Positions 1-9,369 of a DNA stretch of 64,000 nt are shown piece by piece. Position numbers and translations under genes: made by a program. How positions within the stretch are numbered: position 1 is the first letter of the stretch; each line of letters opens with the position of its first letter. Source of the DNA: Euryarchaeota archaeon UBA23 (lineage in GTDB: Archaea; Thermoplasmatota; Poseidoniia; Poseidoniales; Thalassarchaeaceae); the NCBI GenBank assembly GCA_002498725.1, contig DAIJ01000017.1:15512-79511 (forward strand), written 5' to 3'. The notes below the pieces were generated by a model. That model did not search any database. It was not told where the DNA came from and saw nothing but the letters and a program-made list of their open reading frames with translations.

Positions 1-1599
1 ACCATCTTCTATTGAAGTATGATCTACTGTTATAGCCCAAGGAATTCCTATTTCATCAGCTCTTGCATATCTTCTTCCTATGGATTTGCTAAAATCAATT
101 TCTGATCTTATGTTAGGGATCGAATTGATTTGTTGTGCGTAATTTTTAGCGAGATCTCCCATTCCATCTTTGTCAAATAGTGGTAGAACTATGCAATCAA
201 CATTAGAAACTCCCTTTGCAAGTCTCAGATATGTGTATGGTTCACCTTCCTTCTGGCTTTCTTCATATGCATGATCAAGTATGTGCCAAATTATTCGATC
301 TATACCAAAAGCAGGTTCAATTACATGAGGAGTGAACCATTCACCATTTACAGTAATAGTTTCTAGACGCCTTTCAACCATATCAGCAGTTATTGTAATT
401 GTCCTTCCATCAGAGAGTTTCAAATCAAATGGTATTTTTTCAGGTAATTTTTCCATTTCTTCAATAATTGAAGCAACTTCTCTTGCATCTGCACGCAGCA
501 TAGGGCCTATTACAGAGCCGTTAGGGAATAGTTTTTCTTTTTCCTCAACCTTCGGCTCTTCAAAATTTCTCCATGCACGCAGAGTGCTGGTTTTAGATGA
601 TTTTTCATGACTCTCTAAATCGTGACAAGTCCTATTTGCTATACCTACACATTCTATCCAGCCATATTCGCCGTATATCTCACAATCCCAACAATCGGAT
701 GCATAATGAGCCATTTCATTATTAGCATGCTGCCTAAATCTTATTTTATCTGAGTTAATTCCTACTTTAATTAGAAAATCCCAAGTTCTGGATAAGAACC
801 AAGCTACAGTCGGATGTCGTATTATATTCTTATCTAGTGCTTCTGCAAAACTGATTTTCTTTTCTCCGGAATACTCGCTCTGTGGATCAGGTATCAAAGT
901 GACGACTTCACTTCCTCCAGAATACATTGGTGGGTTTTGAGGATCTATAAAATACTCTAATTCTGCCATATTGAATTCCCTAAGTCTTACCATTCCTTGT
1001 CTTGGACTAATCTCGTTTCGATAACCTTTGCCAGTTTGTATTGCTCCGAATGGTAATTTTTGTCTAAAATGGCGATACAGTGATGGAAATAACATAAACA
1101 TACCTTGAGCGGTTTCTGGCCTCATGTATGCAGTTCTTCCAGAACTCATAGCACCTAATCTTGTGCTAAACATCAAATTCATTGGACTACTTGGTGTCCA
1201 TTCTGATTTAGAACAAGATGGACAAATTACACCGTTTGCTAATATCTTATCAATCTCTTTCTTATCCATTGTCTCAGAATCATCGCCAACAATATGATCT
1301 GCTCTAAATGCAGAATTACAGGACTTGCATTCGGTCATAAGATCATTGAATTCACCAACATGTCCACTGGCTACTAGAACTTCTTCCGGAGTGATAGTGG
1401 GTGAATCAATTTCAACTATATCTCCTTGGCTTAGCCAGTGATCAATCCAAATCTCTACAACTCTTCTTCTAATAGATGCGCCAACAGGGCCATAGTCAAT
1501 TAGACCAGAGACTCCTCCATATATTTCGAAAGCAGGAAGCACAATCCCTCTTCGCCTGAGCATTGAACTCAATCTATCGAGTCGCCTGTCCTCACTCAT
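1..1599 (-). CDS. glyS: glycine--tRNA ligase (class II, archaeal/eukaryotic type); the C-terminal end lies beyond the window
   Basis: Absent from the ORF track because it is open at the window edge. Hand translation of the reverse strand from ATG (1599-1597) gives MSEDRRLDRLSSMLRRRGIVLPAFEIYGGVSGLIDYGPVG, later RPETAQGMF, GKGYRNEISPRQG, HVIEPAFGIDRI and GRRYARADEIGIPWAITVD. The frame stays open to nt 1. Confidence 0.9.
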   Translation of the reverse strand, partial: MSEDRRLDRLSSMLRRRGIVLPAFEIYGGVSGLIDYGPVGASIRRRVVEIWIDHWLSQGDIVEIDSPTITPEEVLVASGHVGEFNDLMTECKSCNSAFRADHIVGDDSETMDKKEIDKILANGVICPSCSKSEWTPSSPMNLMFSTRLGAMSSGRTAYMRPETAQGMFMLFPSLYRHFRQKLPFGAIQTGKGYRNEISPRQGMVRLREFNMAELEYFIDPQNPPMYSGGSEVVTLIPDPQSEYSGEKKISFAEALDKNIIRHPTVAWFLSRTWDFLIKVGINSDKIRFRQHANNEMAHYASDCWDCEIYGEYGWIECVGIANRTCHDLESHEKSSKTSTLRAWRNFEEPKVEEKEKLFPNGSVIGPMLRADAREVASIIEEMEKLPEKIPFDLKLSDGRTITITADMVERRLETITVNGEWFTPHVIEPAFGIDRIIWHILDHAYEESQKEGEPYTYLRLAKGVSNVDCIVLPLFDKDGMGDLAKNYAQQINSIPNIRSEIDFSKSIGRRYARADEIGIPWAITVDHTSIEDG

Positions 1600-1830
1600 G
1601 TTAACGAACAGGGGAATAGATACTCGTCTTTCAAGCCATCCTCAAAAAAGTATTAATTAATTCAGAATTAAGACCTATTCTTATTTTCCAAAATCTAACT
1701 TATTACATGAAAAACGTTCATTTCGATGAAATTTTTGTTTGTTCTACCATTACATTATGCAATAGTTACGAATAGAAGTATTCATTTACGTAATCAATCC
1801 GCTGTACTAGACGTAGTACGCGGTGAAGTA

Positions 1831-4800
1831 ATGCCTAGAATCGAGTATCTAAAGGACGCTTGGGAAACTGAGCAGTTACTTGAGAGCCTTTCACCCCCAG
1901 TTAGAAATTGGTTTAAGGATAAATTTCCTGATTTTACAGACCCACAAAAACTTGCCATACCACATATACTTCATGGGGAACATTTACTTCTTTGTTCTCC
2001 AACAGGATCTGGTAAAACCTTAACTGCATTTTTATCAATAATTGATGACCTAGTTAGGAAGTCTTTAGAAGGGGGGCTAGAGGGTCATGTACACTGTATT
2101 TACATTTCACCAATCAAGGCTTTAGCAAATGATATACAGAAAAATCTGATTGGACCACTTACAGAAATACGTGAAAAATACCTCCCAGGTCGAGCCAAAG
2201 AAATAACAGTTGGTTTGAGGACGGGAGATACACCTCAGAAAGAGCGAGAGAGGATGCTACGAAAACCACCTCACATTTTGATAACAACACCAGAGTCTTT
2301 GGGTCTCGCCTTAGCATCAAAGAGATTTAGACCCCTTCTCAGTGAATTACGTTGGATGATTATTGATGAAATGCACTCTCTTGTACCAACTAAACGTGGA
2401 ACACATCTTTCCTTGAGTCTATCATTGATGGACAGTGTAATCGAGTCAGAGGTTCAGAGAATTGGAATTTCAGCAACTATGGAACCACTTGAGGATGTTG
2501 CTGAATTTTTAGTATCAAGTGACTCTAGAGAAGGTGAGGGTGAACAACAAAAAGTCTGCATAGCAAAAGTTTCTGGTTCAAGGAAGCTTGATTTAGATAT
2601 AATATTACCAACTCCAAGATTTTCTTCACTACCTGTTAAAGAAATTTTAGAACATAACGTAGACAGGATAAAGGAAATTGTCGAGGCACATACAACGACA
2701 TTAGTTTTCGTTAATACAAGACAAATGACCGAAACTGTGGTCCAAAAACTGAAGATTGCGGGCACAGCAGGAGTTGAGGGGCATCATGGATCTATGGATA
2801 AGGCAATCCGCCTTGATGTAGAACAGCGATTAAAGTATGGTAAATTAAGATGTGTGGTTTCTTCATCATCACTAGAAATGGGTATAGATATTGGTTCTGT
2901 TGATTGTGTTGTCCAGGTAGGTAGTCCCGGTTCTATAGCAACTGCACTCCAAAGAATAGGACGTGCTGGCCATCAAGTTGGAGGATTGCCGCGTGCTCGT
3001 CTATTACCTACTTCCCCCCAAGATCTTCTTGAGATTGTGGCTTTACAGAATGGGATATTGCGAGGTTCAATGGATCTTTTGAAATTCCCTCAAAATGGAT
3101 TAGATGTTTTAGCACAATTTTTGATAGGGTTAACTATAATACAAGAATGGGATATTGATGATGGATATGAATTGGTGATTAAATCTTGGCCATATAGAAA
3201 TCTACCTTATGATGATTATATCGAAGTTTTGGATTTGTTAGAAGAAGAACGCAGGATATGGGTAGATTGGGAAGAGAATAGATTTGGTAAAAGAGGCTAC
3301 GCTCAAATGGTTTATTTCACAAACATAGGTACTATAGCTCCAGACAATAATTATCTCGTTTTTACTGCTGATGGGACATTAGTTGGCCAATTATCAAGTG
3401 GTTTTGTTGCAAGTTTGCGTAATGGGGATGTATTTCTTCTTGGAGGTTCTACATTTAGAGTTTCAAGTGTTCAAGGAACACGGGTAAATGTAACATCTGC
3501 AACTGGTTATAGACCAACTATACCCTCTTGGGCTGGTGAAGCGAATAGCAGAACAAATGAATTAAGTTACGAAGTCTTAGACATTTTAGAGAGGTCTGCA
3601 GTTCAGAATAGGTTAGGGCGTGACATAAGACCCATCCTTACAGATGTTTATGGCTTGAATAAACCAGTTGCAAACTCTTTGGCTAATTATCTGGATGAAC
3701 ATTGCGCTACTACTTTTCAAGTTCCAAGTAAAGACAGAATTATTGTAGAACAGATAAAATCATCTCCCTTGCCAACATATATTGTTACAACTTGTAGAGG
3801 AAGGGCATTTAATCTAGCATTAGGTTATCTTTTCGCTGGCATTGCTGTTCGAGATAATATAATTATCAATGAGATTTCTTTTGATGAAAATGGATTTATG
3901 ATTAAATTAAGTCATGAAGTTGAGATTAAGAAAATTCCTGAATTATTCAGAGACGGTTCAAGTCGTGAGGTCCTAACTAGGTATATGTTGGATTCACAAT
4001 TATTCGCCAAGAGGTTTAGAGAAGTGTCCAGCCGTAGTATGCTGAACCCTCGCCGAATAGGTGCGGATGAAGTAAGTCCCAAACAGTTTCAAAATAAGGC
4101 GGAACAAATTCTCAGAAAACATCGTCAAATGGATGACTCGGTCTTAATCAGAGAAGCGATGAATGAGATAATGAATATGGATCTTGAGATGAATGAATTA
4201 TCTGATTTCATTACTAGAATGGATGATGAAGATGTTCGTATTGTTCATCGTAAAGTCAAGATGCCTAGCCCCTTAGGTATGACTTTATTCATGTCTTCAT
4301 TTGAAGATTTACTAAGTTTACGAACTAGGGCTTATTTGATCAAAGACATTGATCCTGAAATACTACGTCGTCTATTAGGTGCTCGTTCTCTAGCTACAGA
4401 TCTTGATAGAGAGAACCTCTCTAAATATTATCAAGACAAAGTCGCTATACCCGATTCGGCAATTGGTTTATTGCGATTAATGGATATGGGTGGGGGTTTA
4501 GAAAAATCATTAACACACCCACTTTACAGTGAGAAATTAAAGTCAGTAGATCTTGAAACAATAGAATCTTGGGTCTATGAATTAGCAGAAAGGGGATTAA
4601 TCACAAAAGTCCGTAATACAGGGCATAATCAGATTGACGACAAATGGTTTTCAGAAAGGATGGCCGGAGTTCATGGTACATTGGGTTGTCTTGCCGTTTC
4701 TGGAGCCTCTGAGATGGAGGATCTTAGGGGATTATACACGGGCGGGCTAACTTATGAAATGGGTATCAATTTTAAGTCTGGGAAACCATCTGAATGGAAA

Positions 4801-7125
4801 GAAACACATCTTTCAGACCCTATGGATTGTCTAAGATTGAAACTTTTAGACATGTTAGGCTCCGAAGGGCCACAGACATTGGATATCTTAGTAGACAGGC
4901 TTCCATTTCCAAAGGGTCAAGTTGAAGCAGTTCTGCAAGAACTTGAAATGCGAAATTTAGTATCTATCGGATTCTTTACACAAACAGAAGATGGAGAATA
5001 TATTCTACGTGTTGATGAATATAGGATTACTGGTGGTAAAGTAGAGGTTGTTGATTATCGAACATTACAGACTTTGATACTTAACAAGTCATTTAAGAAA
5101 TTCGACGAACCATCCGAAGCAATTAGGAATTTGTTACTCGTACAGCGACGAGATGAACTCTTGCACAGAGTGAAAGATTATCGTTTTAGAGATTGGAAAG
5201 ATATCAAACATGATCCTGATATTATTAATGGAAGGTTACTTCATAATAGAGTTGGATATACAATGGAAGATCAGATACCATTAGTTCTTGGATTACGTGG
5301 AGATCCTTGGCTTGGTCCGTTAGAAGAAGAGTTGTTAGAAAAGATCCCTAAAGGAGGGATGAGTCGAGCTGAATTGTTCGAAGACTATCCTAAAGGTAAA
5401 GACAATGCTCACATACAAAGGTCTCTTAAAAGCGCTTTAGCGAATCTCGAAAGGCAATTGATTATTGGCAAGAAATATGTTGAATTACCAAATCGAAAAC
5501 GTTCTTTGGCTATATTCCATAGAATCCATGACAAAGTCAAACCAATGGATTTTGCAAATGCAGTTAAATCCCTAATTGAAAGAATAGGCCCTGTACGTCT
5601 ACATACTTTGAGATTCTTTGTTTCGAGACCAGTTGAAGAATTAGCCGAGACACTCAGAGATCTTGAGAATGCGGGTAAAATTGCTAGAGTTGTAGCACTG
5701 CAACCAGATCCCACTGATTATTATTCAAGTCACAAAGACGCTGAGAAACTTATTTCTCCAATGGTTGAAGATCGTCAAATGAGAATTCTTTCCCAATCAG
5801 ATCCATTTTGTTCTAGATTTATCCAAGAAGTCAGATTAATTTTGAAGCAAGGTTGGTATCATCCTGTTTTCAAAGGCGTTGATCCTGTTGGTAGGATATT
5901 AATGTTCATTGTAAATGATTATCTTGAAATTAAAGATATCAACATACCTCATTCATATCTCGATGAATTCAAAGATACATTTAATCAACTCCTTGAGAAT
6001 TACAAAGATCGACTTATTGATGTTTCAGTTATTCACGCCTTTAATGGTGTTCCAGTTCATGACTGTGACGATAATGTTCAGCAAATACTAGAGGATCTAG
6101 GTTTCCAATCTATGGGGGATGGGGAGCGTTATATTAGAGGCGGAGTTGTCCAACCAATGCCTCGTAAGCAAATAAATAGAAGCTTATTTCACCATCACTC
6201 TTTACATCAGAAGAGTAGACATGAAAATGAAACTATGGCTCTTGAACATATCAACGAATTAAGAGATGATTTTGCTTTAAGAGGGAGATGTGAGATGTTT
6301 CGTGTTGATCTGAAGTCTATGGCCGCAGCACATCGTTTACATCAAGGTACTAACTTACGTGGACACTTAGTATGGGCTCGAATGGATCATTTCCAAAAAC
6401 TTCTTACAATTCGAAACGTTTCTGCTCCCGAAGAAGACGAAGATATCCTTCAGTTTTTCCGAGAACATCACGATCCTGGGATATTCATGGAGCGTCATGC
6501 AATGAGAAGAGCGGAATTCCGTAAATTAATATCTCCACTTGTGAGGAGTGGACACTTAGTACAAGATTATCGTGGAGGATTTAAGACTGTAGAAATCATT
6601 AGAGATTCAGATTTATGGGAAATTAAACGAGACTACCTAAAAGATCTTGTTGAAAATTATCCTGTATTAACACTAAAACAGGTTGAAAGATTAGCTGGCT
6701 CTCCCTTTTCAGCTGAAGAAATTTCAGACGTAATGAGGGAATTTCAGGAAGATGGGACTCTGATCAAAGGTTTCCTTGTTGATGATCAGCAAGACGTATG
6801 TTGGGGGCAACTGAATTTGCTCGATGAATCCAGTAATATTTCAAAATCTCGAGATATTGTAATACCTCCTTCTGATCCATTAATACACTATTTTGGTAGT
6901 TTACTTAGGGAAAGATTTGGCTTCGGCTCAGCATATCTTGTATTTCATCGTGAAGAACCTATTGCTGCATTTAAGGCAAATACGCGTGAAGGTGTAATTC
7001 ACATTACGGATTTTGTAGGAGACTCAGAACTTGAAAAAGAAGCCCTTAGAGTGATGAAAGAATTTGCATGGGAACATGACATGCCTCTGAGGGGTAAACT
7101 GTATGAACGACTTCGTACACGGTAA
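1831..7125 (+). CDS. lhr: Lhr-family SF2 DNA helicase, unusually long (about 1764 aa) with a roughly 890-aa C-terminal extension
   Basis: Motif I SPTGSGKT, motif II IIDEMH, SAT, helicase-C block SSSSLEMGIDIG and QRIGRAGH, followed by Lhr-type WH/domain-4 sequence. ATG 1831 follows a GGTGA SD-like site. The 35 extra codons from the track start 1726 look non-coding. Confidence 0.85.
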   Translation: MPRIEYLKDAWETEQLLESLSPPVRNWFKDKFPDFTDPQKLAIPHILHGEHLLLCSPTGSGKTLTAFLSIIDDLVRKSLEGGLEGHVHCIYISPIKALANDIQKNLIGPLTEIREKYLPGRAKEITVGLRTGDTPQKERERMLRKPPHILITTPESLGLALASKRFRPLLSELRWMIIDEMHSLVPTKRGTHLSLSLSLMDSVIESEVQRIGISATMEPLEDVAEFLVSSDSREGEGEQQKVCIAKVSGSRKLDLDIILPTPRFSSLPVKEILEHNVDRIKEIVEAHTTTLVFVNTRQMTETVVQKLKIAGTAGVEGHHGSMDKAIRLDVEQRLKYGKLRCVVSSSSLEMGIDIGSVDCVVQVGSPGSIATALQRIGRAGHQVGGLPRARLLPTSPQDLLEIVALQNGILRGSMDLLKFPQNGLDVLAQFLIGLTIIQEWDIDDGYELVIKSWPYRNLPYDDYIEVLDLLEEERRIWVDWEENRFGKRGYAQMVYFTNIGTIAPDNNYLVFTADGTLVGQLSSGFVASLRNGDVFLLGGSTFRVSSVQGTRVNVTSATGYRPTIPSWAGEANSRTNELSYEVLDILERSAVQNRLGRDIRPILTDVYGLNKPVANSLANYLDEHCATTFQVPSKDRIIVEQIKSSPLPTYIVTTCRGRAFNLALGYLFAGIAVRDNIIINEISFDENGFMIKLSHEVEIKKIPELFRDGSSREVLTRYMLDSQLFAKRFREVSSRSMLNPRRIGADEVSPKQFQNKAEQILRKHRQMDDSVLIREAMNEIMNMDLEMNELSDFITRMDDEDVRIVHRKVKMPSPLGMTLFMSSFEDLLSLRTRAYLIKDIDPEILRRLLGARSLATDLDRENLSKYYQDKVAIPDSAIGLLRLMDMGGGLEKSLTHPLYSEKLKSVDLETIESWVYELAERGLITKVRNTGHNQIDDKWFSERMAGVHGTLGCLAVSGASEMEDLRGLYTGGLTYEMGINFKSGKPSEWKETHLSDPMDCLRLKLLDMLGSEGPQTLDILVDRLPFPKGQVEAVLQELEMRNLVSIGFFTQTEDGEYILRVDEYRITGGKVEVVDYRTLQTLILNKSFKKFDEPSEAIRNLLLVQRRDELLHRVKDYRFRDWKDIKHDPDIINGRLLHNRVGYTMEDQIPLVLGLRGDPWLGPLEEELLEKIPKGGMSRAELFEDYPKGKDNAHIQRSLKSALANLERQLIIGKKYVELPNRKRSLAIFHRIHDKVKPMDFANAVKSLIERIGPVRLHTLRFFVSRPVEELAETLRDLENAGKIARVVALQPDPTDYYSSHKDAEKLISPMVEDRQMRILSQSDPFCSRFIQEVRLILKQGWYHPVFKGVDPVGRILMFIVNDYLEIKDINIPHSYLDEFKDTFNQLLENYKDRLIDVSVIHAFNGVPVHDCDDNVQQILEDLGFQSMGDGERYIRGGVVQPMPRKQINRSLFHHHSLHQKSRHENETMALEHINELRDDFALRGRCEMFRVDLKSMAAAHRLHQGTNLRGHLVWARMDHFQKLLTIRNVSAPEEDEDILQFFREHHDPGIFMERHAMRRAEFRKLISPLVRSGHLVQDYRGGFKTVEIIRDSDLWEIKRDYLKDLVENYPVLTLKQVERLAGSPFSAEEISDVMREFQEDGTLIKGFLVDDQQDVCWGQLNLLDESSNISKSRDIVIPPSDPLIHYFGSLLRERFGFGSAYLVFHREEPIAAFKANTREGVIHITDFVGDSELEKEALRVMKEFAWEHDMPLRGKLYERLRTR

Positions 7126-7129
7126 TTCT

Positions 7130-8140
7130 TTAATTTTTAGTCAATTGCAATTTTTTAGGAATTAACTTCATTATATTCCGATGTAATTCAGGTAGTAAGT
7201 CAAATAATGCTATAGCCATTAAGAACATCGCGAATAGACTAACTCCTTTTGCAGCATAACTATGTGCAAAATCAAACATATTTAGTTTGAAAAATGTCCA
7301 TTCAGGATAACTTTCAGTTAACCAAACAATCCCAGCATTCCTGAAAGTATTCAATATGTGTATCGTTGGTATTGATATGAATAGACCTCGAAGTCTTCTA
7401 TTCCAAGGAACTGAATCTAATGCACAAATTGCCCCAACAAAAATTATCATCGATTGTAGTCCTGAACAACTTAAAATGAATGAAATATTTACTTCTTCAC
7501 CATTGGAATAATACATTGGGACATAGAATCCTGCATCTCCCAAAGGTTGAGTCAATATCCACATACTACCGCTCCATTCTGAGAGAGGTACTTCTCCTCC
7601 ATCTTCTAGACTTACCATAACATCTCCTATTGTGTACGAACCTAATCCCACAAATTCTAACATTAATTCTGCACTATGTGCAGTCATTAGAACAAAAGCG
7701 ACGTTAAGATGGGGTACGAGATATACTAGGTAATAAGGAATCATTGACCATGCCACCGTTCCTCTAAACCAAATAATCGAATCATTAGTGTATTCATCTT
7801 TGATTTCTAGATAGGCTATTAGAATACCACCCGGTAGTGCCATAGCGGTCATTAATACCAATAAGTAATCTTCTATTTTGACATAATAAGAAGACTGCAA
7901 ATATATGAATAATCCAATAAGGACCCATCCGCCAGATGCAATAATTTTTGAATAATTACTTTTTTTACGTATTAAAGAAGTAGCAAGTAAGACCATACCC
8001 AAGACTCCTAGAATCAATCTAAGAGTGTTTGGTGAAGTGCCAAATACCTCTGAAATAATCCTCATCAAAGCGCTAACGGGTTCATTCACAATATTGACTC
8101 GGGTCATTAACTCGTAAATATGATGCCGTCTCCCGTTCAT
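7130..8140 (-). CDS. exosortase/archaeosortase-family transpeptidase (polytopic membrane protein)
   Basis: Multiple hydrophobic helices plus the family signature in order: FILSCSGLQSM (Cys225), LNTFRNAG (Arg267), FAHSY (His293), numbered from the track start. The start is uncertain; internal ATGs at 8107 and 8065 would widen the divergent intergenic region. Confidence 0.7.
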   Translation of the reverse strand: MNGRRHHIYELMTRVNIVNEPVSALMRIISEVFGTSPNTLRLILGVLGMVLLATSLIRKKSNYSKIIASGGWVLIGLFIYLQSSYYVKIEDYLLVLMTAMALPGGILIAYLEIKDEYTNDSIIWFRGTVAWSMIPYYLVYLVPHLNVAFVLMTAHSAELMLEFVGLGSYTIGDVMVSLEDGGEVPLSEWSGSMWILTQPLGDAGFYVPMYYSNGEEVNISFILSCSGLQSMIIFVGAICALDSVPWNRRLRGLFISIPTIHILNTFRNAGIVWLTESYPEWTFFKLNMFDFAHSYAAKGVSLFAMFLMAIALFDLLPELHRNIMKLIPKKLQLTKN

Positions 8141-8155
8141 TCAGAGGTGGGAACT

Positions 8156-8725
8156 ATGACCGTTGAGTTTGAATCATTTTGCGACACATATATTGCTGAT
8201 TTACAAAGAACACTTTCGGATCTATCAAGGGGGGAATTAACTAATCTTTTCAACGAAGTTACTGCTGTGGGACGCCGCGATGGTAGTATACATATGATAG
8301 GAAATGGAGGTAGCGCCGCCACTCCTTCACATAGTGCTGGAGATTGGTCTAAGGAATTGCAAATAAGAACAATTTCGCATACAGACAATATTTCTTCATT
8401 CACTGCCTGGGCAAACGATACAGAATATTCCAACGTTTTCGCCGGTCAACTTTCTACTTTCGCTAAAAAAGGAGATTTGGTTATTGCTTATTCCGGATCT
8501 GGAAATTCTTCTAATGTTATAAAAGGTGTTGAAGAGGCTAAGAATAAGGGTTGCAGGACTGCTGCGGTAACCGGAAATTACAAGCAAGGAAATGGTGGTA
8601 AACTAGCTAAGATTGTTGATGTCGCCGTCATAGTTCCTTCTGAATCAATGGAACGAATCGAGGATCTCCAACTAATTATCAATCATATCATCAAAGAAGC
8701 CGCTAAGGCAAATATTGGAAAGTGA
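8156..8725 (+). CDS. gmhA: SIS-domain sugar isomerase, GmhA-like (D-sedoheptulose-7-phosphate isomerase family)
   Basis: IGNGGSAATPSHSAGDW, NDTEYSNVFAGQL, GDLVIAYSGSGNSSNV and VTGN...GGKLA match the GmhA layout. ATG 8156 is preceded by GAGGTGG. The track start 8120 would overlap the divergent gene. Confidence 0.75.
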   Translation: MTVEFESFCDTYIADLQRTLSDLSRGELTNLFNEVTAVGRRDGSIHMIGNGGSAATPSHSAGDWSKELQIRTISHTDNISSFTAWANDTEYSNVFAGQLSTFAKKGDLVIAYSGSGNSSNVIKGVEEAKNKGCRTAAVTGNYKQGNGGKLAKIVDVAVIVPSESMERIEDLQLIINHIIKEAAKANIGK

Positions 8726-9369
8726 TTAACATGCTAGAACCTCACCGTGATGGTGCGGAACTAGAAGACCGTTTAGTTCTGAATAATCTTCCTTGTAAAT
8801 CTGAATGGGACGGTCGAATAGCATATCTAGATAGAGATGGTGTGATTAATTTAGGTTCTCAGGAATATGTAAATTCACCAGAAGAAGTCAAAATATTACC
8901 AAATGCAGGGAAAGCAATAGGTCAACTTAGACGATCAGGTTTTCGCGTAGTAGTCGTAACAAATCAATCTCCACTTGGCCGTGGTTTATGGGATAGATCA
9001 AATTTAGAGAAAATCCACGATAAGATTAAAAATTTATTAATTGAAGAAGATGAAGATGCCCATCTCGATCTGATATTATATTCTCCCTATGCACCTTGGG
9101 AGGGTGCCTGGGCACGTAAGCCTAATCCAGGCATGCTAGAAGCAGGCCGTCAATTGATAGATGCAGCGTCTAAAGGAAATTTCAATACAATAGATATTAG
9201 ATATGGTGATGATTGGTTAGATAGAGTGGATGAATCGAACTCAGTTATGGTGGGAGATCGTGATGTTGATATGGCCGCGGCATTTTCTTTCGGGGTTCGT
9301 GGCTTTAGATGTGATCCAGAATTAGGATTGGCTGATGTTGTAGATTTGATATTGGAGGGTGCCGCTTGA
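8722..9369 (+). CDS. gmhB: HAD-superfamily phosphatase, GmhB-like (D,D-heptose 1,7-bisphosphate phosphatase family)
   Basis: YLDRDGVIN (DxD nucleophile motif), VVVTNQSPLGRG, RKPNPGML, VGDRDVDMAAA. GTG 8722 overlaps the gmhA stop (GTGA); ATG 8731 is an alternative. Confidence 0.7.
   Translation: MINMLEPHRDGAELEDRLVLNNLPCKSEWDGRIAYLDRDGVINLGSQEYVNSPEEVKILPNAGKAIGQLRRSGFRVVVVTNQSPLGRGLWDRSNLEKIHDKIKNLLIEEDEDAHLDLILYSPYAPWEGAWARKPNPGMLEAGRQLIDAASKGNFNTIDIRYGDDWLDRVDESNSVMVGDRDVDMAAAFSFGVRGFRCDPELGLADVVDLILEGAA

Noticed and set aside
332-610. 92-aa plus-strand ORF in the track
   Set aside because: It lies wholly antisense inside the clearly identifiable GlyRS gene. Its composition is low-complexity and Ser/Ile-rich, with no motif.
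1726-1830. 35-codon N-terminal extension of the Lhr ORF given by the track
   Set aside because: The residues (MKFLFVLPLHYAIVTNRS...) are unlike helicase N-termini and fall in the AT-rich divergent promoter region. ATG 1831 has a GGTGA site upstream. A 6-bp hairpin (1804-1819) sits just before it.
2454-2765. This and the many other 60-150-aa antisense or out-of-frame ORFs in the track (e.g. 5409-5714, 9674-10006, 23450-23785, 34001-34342, 36205-36651, 44535-45143, 55453-55785, 61317-61673)
   Set aside because: Each is nested within a longer ORF that has clear family signatures. Their translations are low-complexity and none shows a recognisable motif.
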